DNA of 64,000 bases. Origin: Eledone cirrhosa. Its lineage: Eukaryota. Positions within the stretch are counted from its first letter, which is position 1. The number at the start of each line of letters is the position of its first letter. Made by a program: the position numbers and the translations under genes. Of the stretch, positions 26,909-41,929 are shown piece after piece. Below the pieces are notes generated by a model. That model saw only the letters and a list, made by a program, of their open reading frames with translations, was not told the origin of the DNA and did not search any database. The stretch lies in assembly GCA_964016885.1 (NCBI GenBank), contig OZ024743.1:148800001-148864000 (forward strand), written 5' to 3'.

Positions 26909-29900
26909 TTCTAGCATAGTTACGTCCCTTTACGGTCTGAGTTCAAATCCCGCCGAGGTTAACTTTGCCTTTCATCCTTACGGGGTCGATAAAATAAAGT
27001 ACCAGTAATGCACTGGGTAATTGCTGGCCTTGTGCCTAAAGTAGAAACAATTATTAATATTCGAAAAACTCAGATTACATTTATTGTATTCAGCCATGTA
27101 GAGCGAAATTTTCTTTTTTATTATATATATATATATATATATGATGTTAGAAATGTTATCTATCCATACAAACGTTGCCATGCAGTTGGAAGGATTCTTT
27201 GTCCCCAAAGATATTACAAACTCACTAGTGTTGGCAATCTATATGTTATTCCCACCCAGCACACTCTGTAAACTGGTTGGTGATAGGAAGGGTGTCTAGT
27301 CAGTGAAAACCTGCCAAACAAAGGATGAGGAGTATTCCTCAGCTTTATCAAAGACATGACAACCTTCCTAGTGCTGGTCCTGTGATAAAATGCATTCAGT
27401 ATAGCGTGGTATTTTAGGTAAGCAAAGTACAAGCCTCAGATCTATCTGAGAAAAGTCAGTAGCTCTGCTTGAAATGATTCAGTCTGTGATGATCTGTCCA
27501 ACCTTTGCTAGCATGAAATTGGCAAAATGATGCACATACACACTTCTGAACAATGACATTCCCTTGGTGCCTTCTACTGGCATAAATGCTGAACACTTGC
27601 AAAAAGAGACAGAACACAAAACCACAGATTCTTTTCAACATAGAAAAATCATGGTAGCAATGGATGTGATTCTGAAAAATGAGATGAGAAAATCAAGTGA
27701 TCACCAAAACCATTGATTCCACCAATGCAAAATGAGGAACATATTCCACTTCAAGTGGCAAATTTGAATTTTAAAAATGCTGAAGTTGTCCTTCATGTGC
27801 CATGCAGGTACATTGAATACATTATAGCTTAATGTCAACTGTGTTGGGCTAGACACTTGGTATAAATACCAGATACAGGCATAGCAAAGAAGATACTGTA
27901 CTCAGAACTTAAGTGCAGAAAGAGACTGCTGGGGTCCAAATAAGTGATACAAAGACGATCTTTGCAATACACGGTACAAATGCCAAATAGACATGACAAA
28001 TTAGGAATTATTTATCAAGGACAGGAATGTTTGGTGAACAATAATCAATCAAGGAATTACTGTGAATAAAGAATTCAGAGTGAAGGTGGCCTGCCAACAT
28101 GAACACCATTCTCAATAGTGACATGTGCAGAAGAGCATTCAACTTCAACAAAAGTGACAACCTACATATATGGCAGTGAATGCAGGTCTCAAGATAGCTG
28201 AAGAAATGGGACAAAGCCTATCAAAGACTCATTATGGATTTTGTCCAAGATGATGTACATATTACAACAACTTCAAGAAAAAAGTCGAAAAGGAAATATG
28301 ACAAAATGCATGCCAGATAACAACACTATTTTTAAAATACACACAGGGGAGCAACTGCATTATATAATGCTGAATTTGTACTTGTTTGGCAAGGGATGTT
28401 GGAAACTAGCCCCAACAAGGAAAACACTTTTAATAAATACTATTAATGGCAAAACGAATGAATAATTAAAATTAATTGAATAAACAAATATACAATACCG
28501 GCCCAAAGTTTAAAAAGTGAGAATAAAACAGTATTATATTAAACTGACATATTTAAAGTAGAAGCTAACTAAAAAGTCACACAAAAGAAAAAAGCAAAAG
28601 GATAAAAAAGAAGACAAAAAAAAGAATAGAAAAAATTCCCTGCTTTGTTTAAGTTTATAAACATTTGACTAATTGATTTCAGCAAATCTTGTGGAATTGT
28701 GTCAGTGACTACACTACAGAAGTGTAATGAAACTTGTAAACATTTTATAATAGACAATACTAAGAAATAAACAAAATGTGAACATAACAGATTTTGTGTG
28801 TTCTGACATGGCTAAACTGACTCTCCAACAATATCTTCTTATCTACTGTGTCCTTTCCTTTTTTTACGACTGTATGGTTAGATTTGTGAAAGAGACTATA
28901 ATGTAATATATACTGAAAATGATTAAACTCTTACATATGAGGCTTCCTTGTTAGTTGAAGAGACCAATGAGAAGAATGCAATCAATTTCATTGACAACAA
29001 ACATGGAGGGTTTTGAACTGAGGACCAAATAGGTTAAAACTAATATGATGCATTTAGTTTTGAACTCTATTCTTACAATCCTACCCACAGTAATAGTTAA
29101 ATTATAATAAGAACAACAACCACACATATTAATAATATGATATAATGACATATTTTCTTTTAGGTATAAACAAAATTAAAAATAAAACAGAAATCAGCAA
29201 GAAATGTAAGGTTTATCTTCTGAAGAAAGTTTCTTACTTTCAGCAGCTGGTATTTATTTTCATTTCACTAAACATCAGCTTACAGAGCCAACAGCTTGTG
29301 GAATCAAGAGAATAAATGGTTTTGTTTTTCTAATCCACTAAAATCCTTCAGAAGTTTCCTAAATCACAGTTAAATCTACTCTTTCTTGATGAATCACATC
29401 AAAAAATCTAATTACTTTTACCAAAATAGCCTTGAAATAAAAATAATAAATAACTTAGCGTTGTCTGAGATCTTATTTCATTACACAGTTGAAGCCATTT
29501 ATTTTAGTTACATCATTAGTAATTTATATAGTCCATATTGTCTAAAAATTTCAAATAATTGATCTTCTTGGAATTATCGCTTTTACTGGAGGTTTCAAAA
29601 TTTTAAATATACGTAAGACACTACCATATATGTATTCAGTAAGCAGAATGTTCTCGAGAGATACTATTGCTTAGACATAGCTAAAACATTTCAACCAATT
29701 GATCCTATAAGATCCCTTGCTTGCTGTTTTCAGATTTTAAACTCTGAAAAGTGTTGGCATATTTTTCAAACCAATTAGTTTCAGAAACTTAGTTGATCAA
29801 AGTATTCAAAGTATATAAAACCCTACTATATTTGCATTAATTATGCAGAGTGCTCCTCTAAGGTATTTTCCATCGACCATTTTGTTGCTCTTTATATTTA

Positions 29901-29919
29901 ATGTCACTATATTCACACA

Positions 29920-29989
<70 letters not shown>

Positions 29990-30380
29990 ACATGAATGGA
30001 CCTCTTATTTTTCTCTAAAAACATTTTTTTCCGATTCCGGCCTGCCGGTCCCTTCAATATTTCTAATTTCTCATTCTTTCTTCTAATGAAGGACTGACAT
30101 CTTAAGCTCACCCTACCTCTTACTGACAAACTAAGTATCCCACCATAGATATCCATGCCCCACCTCTCCAATTCCCCTCCTTTATACACTCTCAACAACT
30201 TCCTCCAACCACCACCTTGCACATCCCTTGATTCATCTCTCCTGTCCAACCTAGTCATACAAGGATAGAAAGCAGGACACATTCTCACACTAAAGTGTCA
30301 TAACATGTTCTAACATGAACCCTTCAATGCATGTTGCAATGTGGTGCCACCAGTTGGAAATCAGCACCCCCTCGAGTAAC

Positions 30381-30672
30381 ATGGCCTCCATCAAAACATC
30401 AAATTCATGGTGAAGCTAGAGTGGAAGAGCAACCAAATCATCGACGATCTGGAGCAAGTTTATGGGGACAATGCCCCAAAGAAATCAACAGCCTGCAAAT
30501 GAATACATAGTTTTAGAAGTGGAAGAGATAAGGTTGAAGATATTAAAAAAAAAAAGCTGCTTTGACATGGTTTAAATCGCATAGCCCTCAGTTTTACACA
30601 GATGAACTTAAAAGCTGGTATCAACACTTGCAGAAGTGCATTGACCTAGATGGAGCATTTGTTGAAAAATAA
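30381..30672 (+). pseudogene. Internally deleted mariner transposase (Hsmar2/irritans-like)
   Basis: NIKFMVKLEWKSNQIIDDLEQVYGDNAPKKST..FRSGRDKVED is joined directly to KKAALTWFKSHSPQFYTDELKSWYQHLQKCIDLDGAFVEK*. Confidence 0.8.
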
Positions 30673-30769
30673 ACATCATAACTTTAACAGTTTTTTTCAA
30701 CTGTCCTTATATATATATCAGCCAAGAAAGAATGGTGATATAATAGCATGCATGGTGATATAATAGCAA

Positions 30770-31183
30770 TCTCCTCTCCAGAACACAACATCTGATACTT
30801 CTTATGCTTAGTTTCCCTCTTAGTTCATTTATGCTTCACCTTTTGCGCACATTACTATTACACATCCATCAGAGCATTCAAACTTCATTTCTTTCTAATC
30901 TACACAGGTCTTCAGCAGACAATGCCCAAGTCTCACTAACATGTAATATCGCCGTTCATATACATGCATCATACAATCCACCTTTTATTTTTAGAGAAAA
31001 GCCCCTTGTGGCAACACAATGTGATTGGTGTTAGGAAGGGCATCCAGCTGCAAAAAAAAAACCTGCCAGAGACACTTCCATGCCAGCGAGACAAGGTCTC
31101 CCGACCATTCCTGCATCAAATGGAACAAAACCGTCTAACCCATGCTAGCGTAGAAGATGGACGTTAAACGATGATGATGATGA

Positions 31184-31187
<4 letters not shown>
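30770..31187. mobile_element. RTE remnant (ORF piece minus, tail piece plus)
   Basis: 30770-30980 is similar to 5105-5314; 31020-31187 is an RTE-type tail ending in (ATG)n. Confidence 0.6.
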
Positions 31188-31224
<37 letters not shown>

Positions 31225-31270
31225 GATGATTTTGTTCCATATATTTCCATATATTTTGTTCCATATATTG

Positions 31271-31340
31271 CCTCGTCTGACGAACGAATGAAGTCGTTTA
31301 TTTCGTATTCGCCTCATTCGGGAAACCTCTGGTAATGAGG
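31271..31340 (+). ncRNA. Hammerhead ribozyme in an approximately 150 bp insert within (TA)n
   Basis: cctcgt-CTGACGA-a cgaatga...tcattcg g-GAAA-cc tct gg-TA|atgagg, followed by gag|gtaatt. Confidence 0.8.
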
Positions 31341-31367
31341 TAATTATATTGTATTGATTTTATACAT

Positions 31368-31414
<47 letters not shown>

Positions 31415-32112
31415 TACAGAAATATATATATATATGAGTGGATGTATACATCCCAGTTTCAAAAATAGTGGCCGATTGAATTATTTTTCATACATGGGTG
31501 GCATGGACATAACTTTTTTGCCTTGCCAAAGACTTAGATTCATTTCTTCATGTATTTCAGTGAAAGAATAAAAAACGACCATGCTCTTGCAACACACGTG
31601 AAAGTCATTTAGATCAAGCGGCACCTGTGCTTGAAGCCTTTTTAAGTGAAGACAGGCCTTGCACTGGACCAATCCCTCTCTCTGAACAATGGTGACAGGT
31701 ATCTTAAAAGAAGAACAGATCAACATCATTGCTTACCATTCAGTTGCATGTTTTACATCAGAAATTTCTATCACTCAGAATGATATCCTAATAAAAACTA
31801 GGGCTCTGGTTGGGTCCAAATCAAGTATTTCCCTGTCACCATGCATAAAATATACATTAATATATAAATAATAAAGTGGACGAATGTCCCATAACACCTT
31901 GTGGAGTCGTAGAGGTACTGTCATACAGCATGTCTAGAGCACATTTAAACTTGGCAGAGCCCAATAGAGGAAGAATCTACCCCAGTACAGGACTGGTACT
32001 TTTTTAATCAACCCAGAAAGGATGAAAGGCAAAGTTGACCTTGCAAAATAAGGTAGTACGAATACCGTAAAGCATTCTATCCGACGTCTTATGGACTCTG
32101 CCAATTTGCCAC

Positions 32113-32183
<71 letters not shown>

Positions 32184-32184
32184 C

Positions 32185-32230
<46 letters not shown>

Positions 32231-32256
32231 CATATATATACATATATATATATATG

Positions 32257-32305
<49 letters not shown>

Positions 32306-32308
<3 letters not shown>

Positions 32309-32495
32309 AACCAGTAAGACCCCGACGGCTAAGCTCAAGCCGTTTCGACGGCTAATTCTGGACAGAATTAGCCGTCGAAACGGCTTGAGCTCAGCCGTCG
32401 GGGTCTTACTGGTTCCTATTACCCACTCTACTACCCCAAGTATTGAGTACTTTGGTCCGTTGTGGTCCACCTGGTTCCTTACCACATTTCCTTCG

Positions 32496-32498
<3 letters not shown>
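32306..32498 (+). repeat. Fold-back element with the 3' half of an HHR (second copy 56651-56830)
   Basis: Palindrome 32306-32417 centred on a stem-II-like hairpin, then GAAA-cggcttgagctcagccg-TC|ggggtc and the shared tail. Confidence 0.75.
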
Positions 32499-32549
<51 letters not shown>

Positions 32550-32727
32550 CATATATATACATATAAAAGATATATATATATATATATTACATATATACAT
32601 ATAAAATATATATATATATATGCAAATACATATATATACACATACATATATATATACATATAAAAATATATATATATACAAATACATATATACAAATACA
32701 TATATATATACTTATACACATACATGT

Positions 32728-32763
<36 letters not shown>

Positions 32764-32854
32764 CATATATATACATATAAAGATATGTATATATACAAAT
32801 ACATATATACATACATATATATATATATATTTATATATATACTTATACACATAC

Positions 32855-32902
<48 letters not shown>

Positions 32903-33067
32903 CATATATATACATATAAAGATATATATATACAAGTACATATATATATATACATACATATATATATACATATAAAGATATATATACAAATACATATACA
33001 TACATATAAAGATATATATACAAATACATATACATACATACATATAAAGATATATATACAAATACAT

Positions 33068-33098
<31 letters not shown>

Positions 33099-33163
33099 CA
33101 TATAAAGATATATATACATATACATACATACATATATATATATATATGTATTACATATATATA

Positions 33164-33754
33164 GTGGCTGCCAACTCGTTTTCGAGTACGGCCACTACTT
33201 TATATCCATGTAGGAGAACCCCTACCGATGCGCTGAATAAGTGTGACTTTTTAGTCCAGCCAGCGACTTGAAAACTCTGGTACAAACACTACACCTGTGA
33301 CAATTATTGACACATAGTGCTGGGCTCATGGTACCATGTGACGACAAGTGCAGAGAGATCTCCAGATATAAAGCAATGCCTGTGCCGTCAAGATTTTATA
33401 GTGAGCAAAGGCACTGCACAAAGCCAGTCCCACTCTCTAAACCAAGCTGATATTTACCAAAAAGAAGAACAAGTCGACATCATTGGATACCATTAGGGTT
33501 GCAGGTGTTATATCAGAGTTTTCCTTCTCCTAGAATTCTGCCTTGACAAAGGCTAAGGGGTCATCTCTCCCGGTGATTTTGGATGGCCATTGACTCTTAA
33601 GAGCTCCTTTGCTCTTTGACAGGTTTTGTTTTTAGTCCTGCAGGATGTCCAAAGTCACCCTCCTCACCAAGAAACCTTGGTGGGGTTGCCAGTTTAGTCG
33701 CCAACGACCCGACCATGGGACAGGTTGTACTGGAATACATGTTACCAGTAGCAC
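33164..33754 (-). mobile_element. RTE-related non-autonomous element
   Basis: The end gtggctgccaactcgttttcgagtacggcca resembles the RTE tail at 50300-50337; GC-richer block bounded by (TA)n. Confidence 0.45.
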
Positions 33755-33784
33755 ATATATATACATATATACATACATACATAC

Positions 33785-34001
<217 letters not shown>

Positions 34002-34094
34002 TAAAATTAAACAAGGTTCAATGAATACATCAAAGAATGAGTTTTACAATAGATTGGAAGCACTCAACAGTAACGCTTTTCCAGAGTTATTAAT

Positions 34095-36875
34095 ATTAAT
34101 TCAAAATATTAACAAAATAGATAATCTTGTGGTCAATTATATTTTATTATACATATTTCAGAGGTACTGAGTTAAGTTCAACAGTACGTCCGCATCAGAT
34201 AAAATAAGATGATGCATGACATACTCTGACATAGTAGATGGTTAAGATTCAGTCATGGTAGTGATTAACATATGACAAAACTCAATATTATACCCTAATA
34301 TTGAGAACACGAGAAAAATATATAATACAAACAATAGAGAGGGTGCGTGTAATACAGCTTAAAAAATACATAGCATCAATATAACAGTTAAAAAATATTT
34401 TTTAAAACTACTGAATCAAGAGGAAAGAAAGGAAGGTATAGAAGAAGAAACAGCTGATGTGATAATATATTTAGTAGGCGACTCGAAAAATAAATGAAAG
34501 ATGATTAAAGAGAAAGAGAGACCAAGGGGAGTAATTTATGTTCAAGTTTATAGACAATTACCCATATATGCAATATATATCCAAATTTATTTAGTTGACC
34601 TCTGCACAAAGGAGACCCTATTAATAATTACTAATTATGAAAACTTAATTAACAAAAAAAGTGAATTATTCTCAAACTGCCTTCATAAAGCTTTGTCTAC
34701 ATTCCAAGCCTCGCAAAAAGACAGGAAAAAACACTAAACAATCAGGCCTTAATTTTTGACGTCTCTTATCAACTGTTGGGCCAAAAAAGTCATAACGGTT
34801 TATAAAACTTTAATAATACTTTATCTTCTAATCATTCATGATAGAATTAATGTTAGAATGAATGATACTCTTTTGATAACTTCTTTACTTGATAAATATG
34901 CACACCTTAGGATGTTTTTTAGATATTTATAATTTTGATTCAGATCTTTATTTATCTGTCTCTGTTTTAAATATATAATTTGGATATTTAACTTGTAAAT
35001 TTACTGATTATAATTGAACTGTAGATCTTTCATGCGTTTGCATATTTTCTCATTTTGAGTATGTTTTGGGGACTCAGAATGTTAGATTTGCATTTACTTA
35101 TTTTTTATATATACCTAGGTATAAATATAACAAACCATAATAGTCGACAAATATTGGTCTCTCTCTCCACTGAACTGGAGGTAAAACTACAATTATAGCA
35201 TTACTAATAATGATTATAATTATTTATTTATTAAATGTATACCATTTCATTAATACCTATAATAATTGTTTCTACTTTAGGCACAAGGCCAGCAATTACC
35301 CAGTACATTACTGGTACTTTATTTTATCGACCCCGTAAGGATGAAAGGCAAAGTTAACCTCGGCTATAATAATATCTCTATATAGTTGTACAAATATGTT
35401 TATCTAGTGTAATAACATACTCGTAGTTACATTTATAAATAATTTAGATACTCAAATGACTCTATATTGTTATAAGTGTTCGATATTCCCTGGAAGTTCG
35501 AATTTATATAATGATTTTTACTTAATATAATATAATTTAATTTAAATTTAGATTACCTTCGGCTTTTTCAAATATTTAGCTCCTCTTTCTATCACATTAG
35601 CTAAAATATTTTAGACGTATCTTTTGTCTACTATATATTAAAACCCTATTACATTTATAATATATTTTTAATATTGGGCATTTTTAAGTTTCGCAAACAA
35701 TTCATTATTTTTATTTTTTATCTTTATATTTATTTTGTATCTAGCCCCTATCATTAGGACTCGTGTAGTTTTGACTTATATGTTTATAGTATAAATCAAC
35801 TAAATGAAAATAATTGATATAAAACATTAATTTTTTAACAATATTTTTTAACAATATATTTTTTTAACAATATTTTCAGTAACTTATTTACTATATTGTA
35901 TTATTGTATTGAATTATATATATATATTTGAAAGGTATCACCTTAAGGCTTTAGACATTATAATCCTTGTATATTTTTTGATTAACACATATATATATAA
36001 TTCAAAATTCAGACCTCTTTAAGTTTGGTTATAAGGCCGGTTGATCCTTTAGCCACTCAAACTATTTAACCATAAATTCTTTAATAATTATAACTATAAT
36101 TATTTTATAAATTATATCATATAAACTGTTGTCAATATTATAAATAATTTTGGTAAAGATTACCTCGTGAGGGTATAAAAGCATTATATATTTTCTTTCT
36201 CGTGTTTCGTAAATCCTTTAAATTTGTTTTCATAATATTTGAATTTTAGAAATTAAACTTGATAGTATAATTATAATATTAATACAAATACCTATTAACT
36301 TTTAAAACCTAAAATATTACTCATTACTCTGAAATAACTTAAATTAAATATTTTGAATATTAACGGCCAACTAAATAAATTTGGATATATATTACATATA
36401 TGAGTAATTGTCTATAAACTTGGACATAAATTACTCCCCTTGGTCTCTCTCTTTCTCTTTAATCATCTTTCATTTGTTTTTCGAGCCACCTACTAAATAT
36501 ATTATCACATCAGCTGTTTCTTCCTCTATACCTTCCTTTCTTTCCTCTTTCTTCAGTAATTTAAAAAAATATTTTTTTAACTGTTATATTGATGCCATGT
36601 ATTTTTTAAGCTTGTATTACACGCACCCTCTCTATTGTGTGTATTATATATTTTTCTCATGTTCTCAATATTAGGGTATAAATATTGAGTTTTGTCATAT
36701 GTTAATCACTACCATGACTGAATCTTAAACATCTACTATGTCAGTGTATGTCATGCATCATCTTATTTTATCTGATGAGGACGTACTGTTGAACTTAAAT
36801 CAGTACCTCTGAAATATGTATAATAAAATATAATTGATCGCAAGAATATCTATTTTGTTAATATTTTGACTTAAT
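34095..36875 (+). mobile_element. 5'-truncated PLE with inverted pseudo-LTR (34095-34600 versus 36365-36875), ORF C-terminus at 34600-34737 and long AT-rich UTR
   Basis: LCTKETLLIITNYENLINKKSELFSNCLHK matches the LC..E..N.KSE..CRH end of the GIY-YIG ORF at 21838-22290; about 500 bp inverted repeats, each with an HHR. Confidence 0.8.
36764..36830 (+). ncRNA. Hammerhead ribozyme (inverted copy 34140-34206 has CTGATGC)
   Basis: tattttat-CTGATGA-gga.gtactg...cagtac.tct-GAAA-tatgta-TA|ataaaata. Confidence 0.8.
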
Positions 36876-36986
36876 ATATATATATATTACATATATATAC
36901 ATATAAAGATATATATATATATACAAATACGTATATATATATACATACATATATACATATAAAGATAGATATATATATATATACAA

Positions 36987-37017
<31 letters not shown>

Positions 37018-38191
37018 TCTATATATATATATCTATATATATATACTTATACACATACATGTATATATATTTATATACATATATACATATATACATATAC
37101 ATATATACATATACATATATATCATCATCATCACCGTTTTATGCCAATGTTTCCACGCTAGAATGGGTTAAATCGGTTGTCCTGTTGTGGGCAATGCCAG
37201 GTCAAGTGACCATGTCTTGCTCATACAAGACTGATTTTGGCTTTGTTTCTACAGCTGGATGCCCTTCCTAACACCAACCTCATTAACAGTGAGTACTGGG
37301 TGCTTTTTTACCGTGGCGCCTACATGACCACTTCACAATGTGGACTGGGTGCTTTTTGTCAATGCACCTACATGACCACTTTACAGTGGGAGAGGCATGG
37401 GGGCATATTGTCTATATGTTTCAGCTTCGGCTTGTACTCATGGGAACTCGGGTCTTACTGCTTAACGCCAGAGGTCGTGGTCCTGTGTCATCACCTTTGA
37501 GAGGTGCAATTGGGCAAGGTCAGTTGTTATCAGGTTTACCACTTGCAAGGTATATTTTGGTAAAGGAAAGGCAGTGGTTTTGTTAATGTTTACTTGTATG
37601 GTTCTAAGAGGATTGCTGGGAAGCCAACCGACCCAGCTGCCGAATTTGGTCTCATTTTGTCTATGGATGATCTTACATATTCACCTTAATATTTATGTGG
37701 TTGATGGTTGCCTTTTCTCTATGTAATGCAGTTGTGTTGAAGAACTCATCTGGCTTACTTATTTGCTTGTGACTCATTGGAGGTGTGAAAATACTTTTAT
37801 ATTGTTCATTCAGTGCCTCACCTATCTCTTGGAGTTCTGCGTTCATCATTAAAGAAGGACTTAGGGTTCATCTTTATGTTTTCTATAACCCTAGCATCTA
37901 TTTTTGCCCCCATATTTTCATGGGAGAATTTCATTATCTGTTTGTAAGAGTGCCTGCTTTAGATGGGATTCCATCTTATTCCTTACGTGTGTATGTAGCC
38001 AGTTCGAGACATTTTTCCTTCTTCTCATATGAATTCTCCTGCCTCTGTATCAAAAACATACTATCAAAACTTTGGGGAAATATTTATTTCAATATTTTCC
38101 ACGTGATGTGAATTATAACATAATATATATGTATATATATACATAGGGAAGGGCAAGGCTTAAAGAGTGCTATATATATATATGTATATAC

Positions 38192-38256
<65 letters not shown>

Positions 38257-38257
<1 letters not shown>

Positions 38258-39600
38258 TAGCCGAATTACCCGCGCCTTGCTGCGTTTCACAATTTTTTTT
38301 TTTGTAAGAAAATCATGATTGATTTTATGTCAGTGATATAATTTATGGACAAAAACTCTGCATTTCAATATTACTCAATTGGAAAACATTATTTTTTGTA
38401 ATATATCAAATCAAAATTACATTATTAAATCTTATTCTTATTTTGTTTCTTGAAAATAATTTTTTTCAAAATATCAATTCAAAACTTAATCATTTCGATT
38501 TTGTGTAAAGGATAATTTTTAAATTAGAAATTCAAAGTTTAATTATTTATTTTTTAACATAATATTACATGAAAATATAATAAAGAACTTGAGGGTAAAC
38601 AACATTTCTCTCTTTCTTTGATTGGCTAAAATGTAGAGATTTTTTGAAGTTCCAGTCCTTCAAACAGCCATATAAAACATGCCCTGACTGAAACATGGGT
38701 TTGTCAGATCTATACCAATAGTTTTGAAAGATTGACTTTGATTTTATTGATGCTCATGGCAAAGCATGACCTCACTGGGAACTGCAGCCTCTTAAATGTA
38801 AAAGGCAACTCGCTATCCCTTGGTATAAGTGGAATCCTCAGAATGAGAAGAGCTTGATCTTTGTAAGCACCGAATATAATGGTTGCTTCGATCAAGTTCT
38901 CATGCAATTTTGTTACAACACATCTTGTTCCATTTATTGGCCCAAATTTTCACTATAGGGGGGTTTAACTCCCATTAGGGTGTCTTAATATTATTGAAAT
39001 CTGCTAAAATTTTGTGAATAGGCATCATATCTTTCTTATCATTTACCTATAGTTTAAATTTCATATAAATCGAAGAAAAACATTTTCAACGGGGGTTTGC
39101 GCCCCTGGGGAAGACCCCACCCAGGGCCCCCTCCCAAGGAAACCGTTTGATTAAAATGAAATATACTTATCCAAGTACCCTGGAAAATGTAGTTTCAGAA
39201 TATAAATGGTTATCTTCAAAGGGTCTATCTCCAAAGGGTCAATCTCCAAAGCCATAGGAGGAGTTCGTGAACAAACAAACGAAAAAACAAATTTTTCACT
39301 ATAGGATTTTTAACCCCCATTAGTGTGTCTTAATATGATTGAAATTTGCTGAGATTTTGTGAATAGGCATCAAATATTGGCATTTACCTATGGTTTAGAT
39401 TTCATATAAATTGGAGGGACAAAATTTTCAGTGGGGCTTTGTTCCCCCGGGGAATACTTTCATTAAAATGAGATATACTTATCCAAGTACCCTGGACAAT
39501 GTAGTTTAATAATATATATGGTTATGGGGGTTTATCTCCAAAACCATAGGAGGAATTTGTGAACAAACAAACAGACAGGAATATAGCTTTATATATAAAT
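38257..39600 (-). mobile_element. Non-autonomous Helitron with PIF1-like helicase remnant (about 38590-38935) and internal tandem duplication of about 345 bp
   Basis: 3' end is a GC-rich hairpin plus CTAG (gaaacgcagcaaggcgcgggtaattcggCTAGt); translation RIPLIPRDSELPFTFKRLQFPVRSCFAMSINK; Helitron-like 5' end atttatatataaagc..tgtctgtttgtttg. Confidence 0.85.
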
Positions 39601-39974
39601 ATATATATACACACATATATATATACACATATATAGATATATATACATATAGATACATATATACAAATATATACATATATACAATATGCCCCCATCCCCT
39701 CCCACTGCAAAGTAGTCATGCAGGTGTCACGACAAGGAAGCACCCAGCACTCACTGTTAATGAGGTTGGTGTTAGGAAAGGCATCCAGCTATAGAAATCA
39801 AGCCAAAACAAGTTCCCGTTTGAGCAAGACAAGGTCACCCGACCTAACATTGCGCACCACAGGACAACCTGTCTAACCCAAGCTAGCGTGGAAGAATGGA
39901 CATATATATATATATATACATACATATATATGAACACACACACATATTATATATACACACATGCATATATATGA

Positions 39975-40868
39975 TTGTATGATACCTGTATACGAACAGC
40001 AATGCTACATGGCAGTGAGACATGGGCATTACGTACAGAGGACCTGCGCAGACTGGAAAGGAACGAAGCATGCATGCTCCGTTGGATGTGTAATAGTAAT
40101 ATACGTGAACGGCAAAGCATAAACGAACTAAGTGAGAAATTAGGAATAAGAGGTATCAGATGCTGTTTACTTGAGAGAAGACTGCGTTGGTATGGTCACG
40201 TGATGCGCATGAAAGACGAGAGCTGCATAAAAAAGTGCAGGGCGATCAAAATTGATGGTAGTTATGGAATAGGTAGGTCCAGAAAAACCTGGGACGATCT
40301 GATAAATTCTGACCTTACACACTTGCACCTCTCTAAGACAATGTCACTGGACCGAGATCCTTGGCGCTACGAAGTAATACAGAAGACCGGCCTTGCCTAT
40401 GTACAAAGCGAAACCTATAGTCAGTAGGTACCTCTTAACAAAATATACACCCCAATCCACTACCTCTACCCTATCCTCCCATTCCCACCAACACCACCTT
40501 CTCTCTGTAAAGTTGGTACCACAACATCCAGTCCAAATAAATGAGATAATGAGATCGAGATCATGTAGGTGTCACGACAAAAATGAAAAAAAAAATCATA
40601 GTCTACGCTGTAATGTGGTCGTGTAGGTGACACGGTAAAACGTTCCCAGTTCCACACTGTAAATGTGGTTGGTGTTAGGAAGGGCATCCAGCCGTAGAAA
40701 GCCTACCAGATAGTCCTTTATGAGCGAGACACGGTCACCCGACCAACCTTGCCTAAAGTGGAGCTCTAACCCTCTAACCCTCTACTTAGTTAGAGCTCAT
40801 ATATACCTCAACTCCCGTCTAACCCATGCTAGCGTGGAAGATAGACGTTAAACGATGATGATGATGAT
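39975..40868 (+). mobile_element. RTE LINE 3' end, same family as 4490-5314
   Basis: [18 protein letters not shown]...[14 protein letters not shown] and (ATG)n tail. Confidence 0.9.
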
Positions 40869-40984
40869 ATATATATACATATATATACATATATGTATAT
40901 ATATATGCATATATATAAATGTATATATATATACATATATACATGTATATATACATACATATATACATATATATATACATATAT

Positions 40985-41047
<63 letters not shown>

Positions 41048-41144
41048 TATATACATATATATAATTATACATATATATATATACATATATACATATATAT
41101 CTATATACATATATATATACATATATATATACATATATACATAC

Positions 41145-41191
<47 letters not shown>

Positions 41192-41271
41192 TACATATAT
41201 ATATATACATATATATATACATATATATAGATACATATATATTACATACTTATACATACATATACATAGGT

Positions 41272-41343
<72 letters not shown>

Positions 41344-41929
41344 AATATGGGGAGAAGAATACTGCATGGTTGCACATGGATTACATATTATAAAATTAGT
41401 CCCTCATCAGTGATTTGCCAACGATCATTGGTATTTCATGGCATTAAAAATCATATACCTCACGTTGGTGCGAGCAATAACTAAAATAAGATATTGGGAC
41501 AAGTGAAACGCGTAAAGCGAGTGAGACAAGTAAACAACATCGAAGAAAGGCTAACAGAAGAAGGGAAGAAAACAAGCAGCATGGTTATTCGATCAGCATA
41601 AACTGGGTGAATTCATGAGCATGTAGCAAACAGACCTTTCGCTGTGAATTGGATGTAAGAAAGAAAGATCCGACCCCTAGCGAACGGGAGGAAGTGAGAA
41701 GGGGAGAAACAGAGAGTAAGTGAGTGGAAGTGCGAGGAAGAGGTTAGTCGAGAGAAAGTGTTAACTGACAGCGGGGACGAAAGTAGGTAAGAGAAACAGA
41801 GAGAACGAGGGAGCAGTAAGAGAGAAAGAGAGAAACAGAAAATCGCGGTTTAGGTAAATATACATATATATATACATATATATATATACACATATATATA
41901 TATACATTTATATACATATATATATATAT

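Noticed and set aside
29234-29430. Additional minus-strand exon
   Set aside because: The frames I checked from the plausible acceptor hit stops before any donor.
33670-33754. HDV-like ribozyme at the 5' end of the RTE-related element (minus strand: ccagt...ggg tcg ttgg cga ctaa actgg)
   Set aside because: P2, P4 and J4/2-like parts are visible, but I could not build P1, P3 and L3 with correct spacing.
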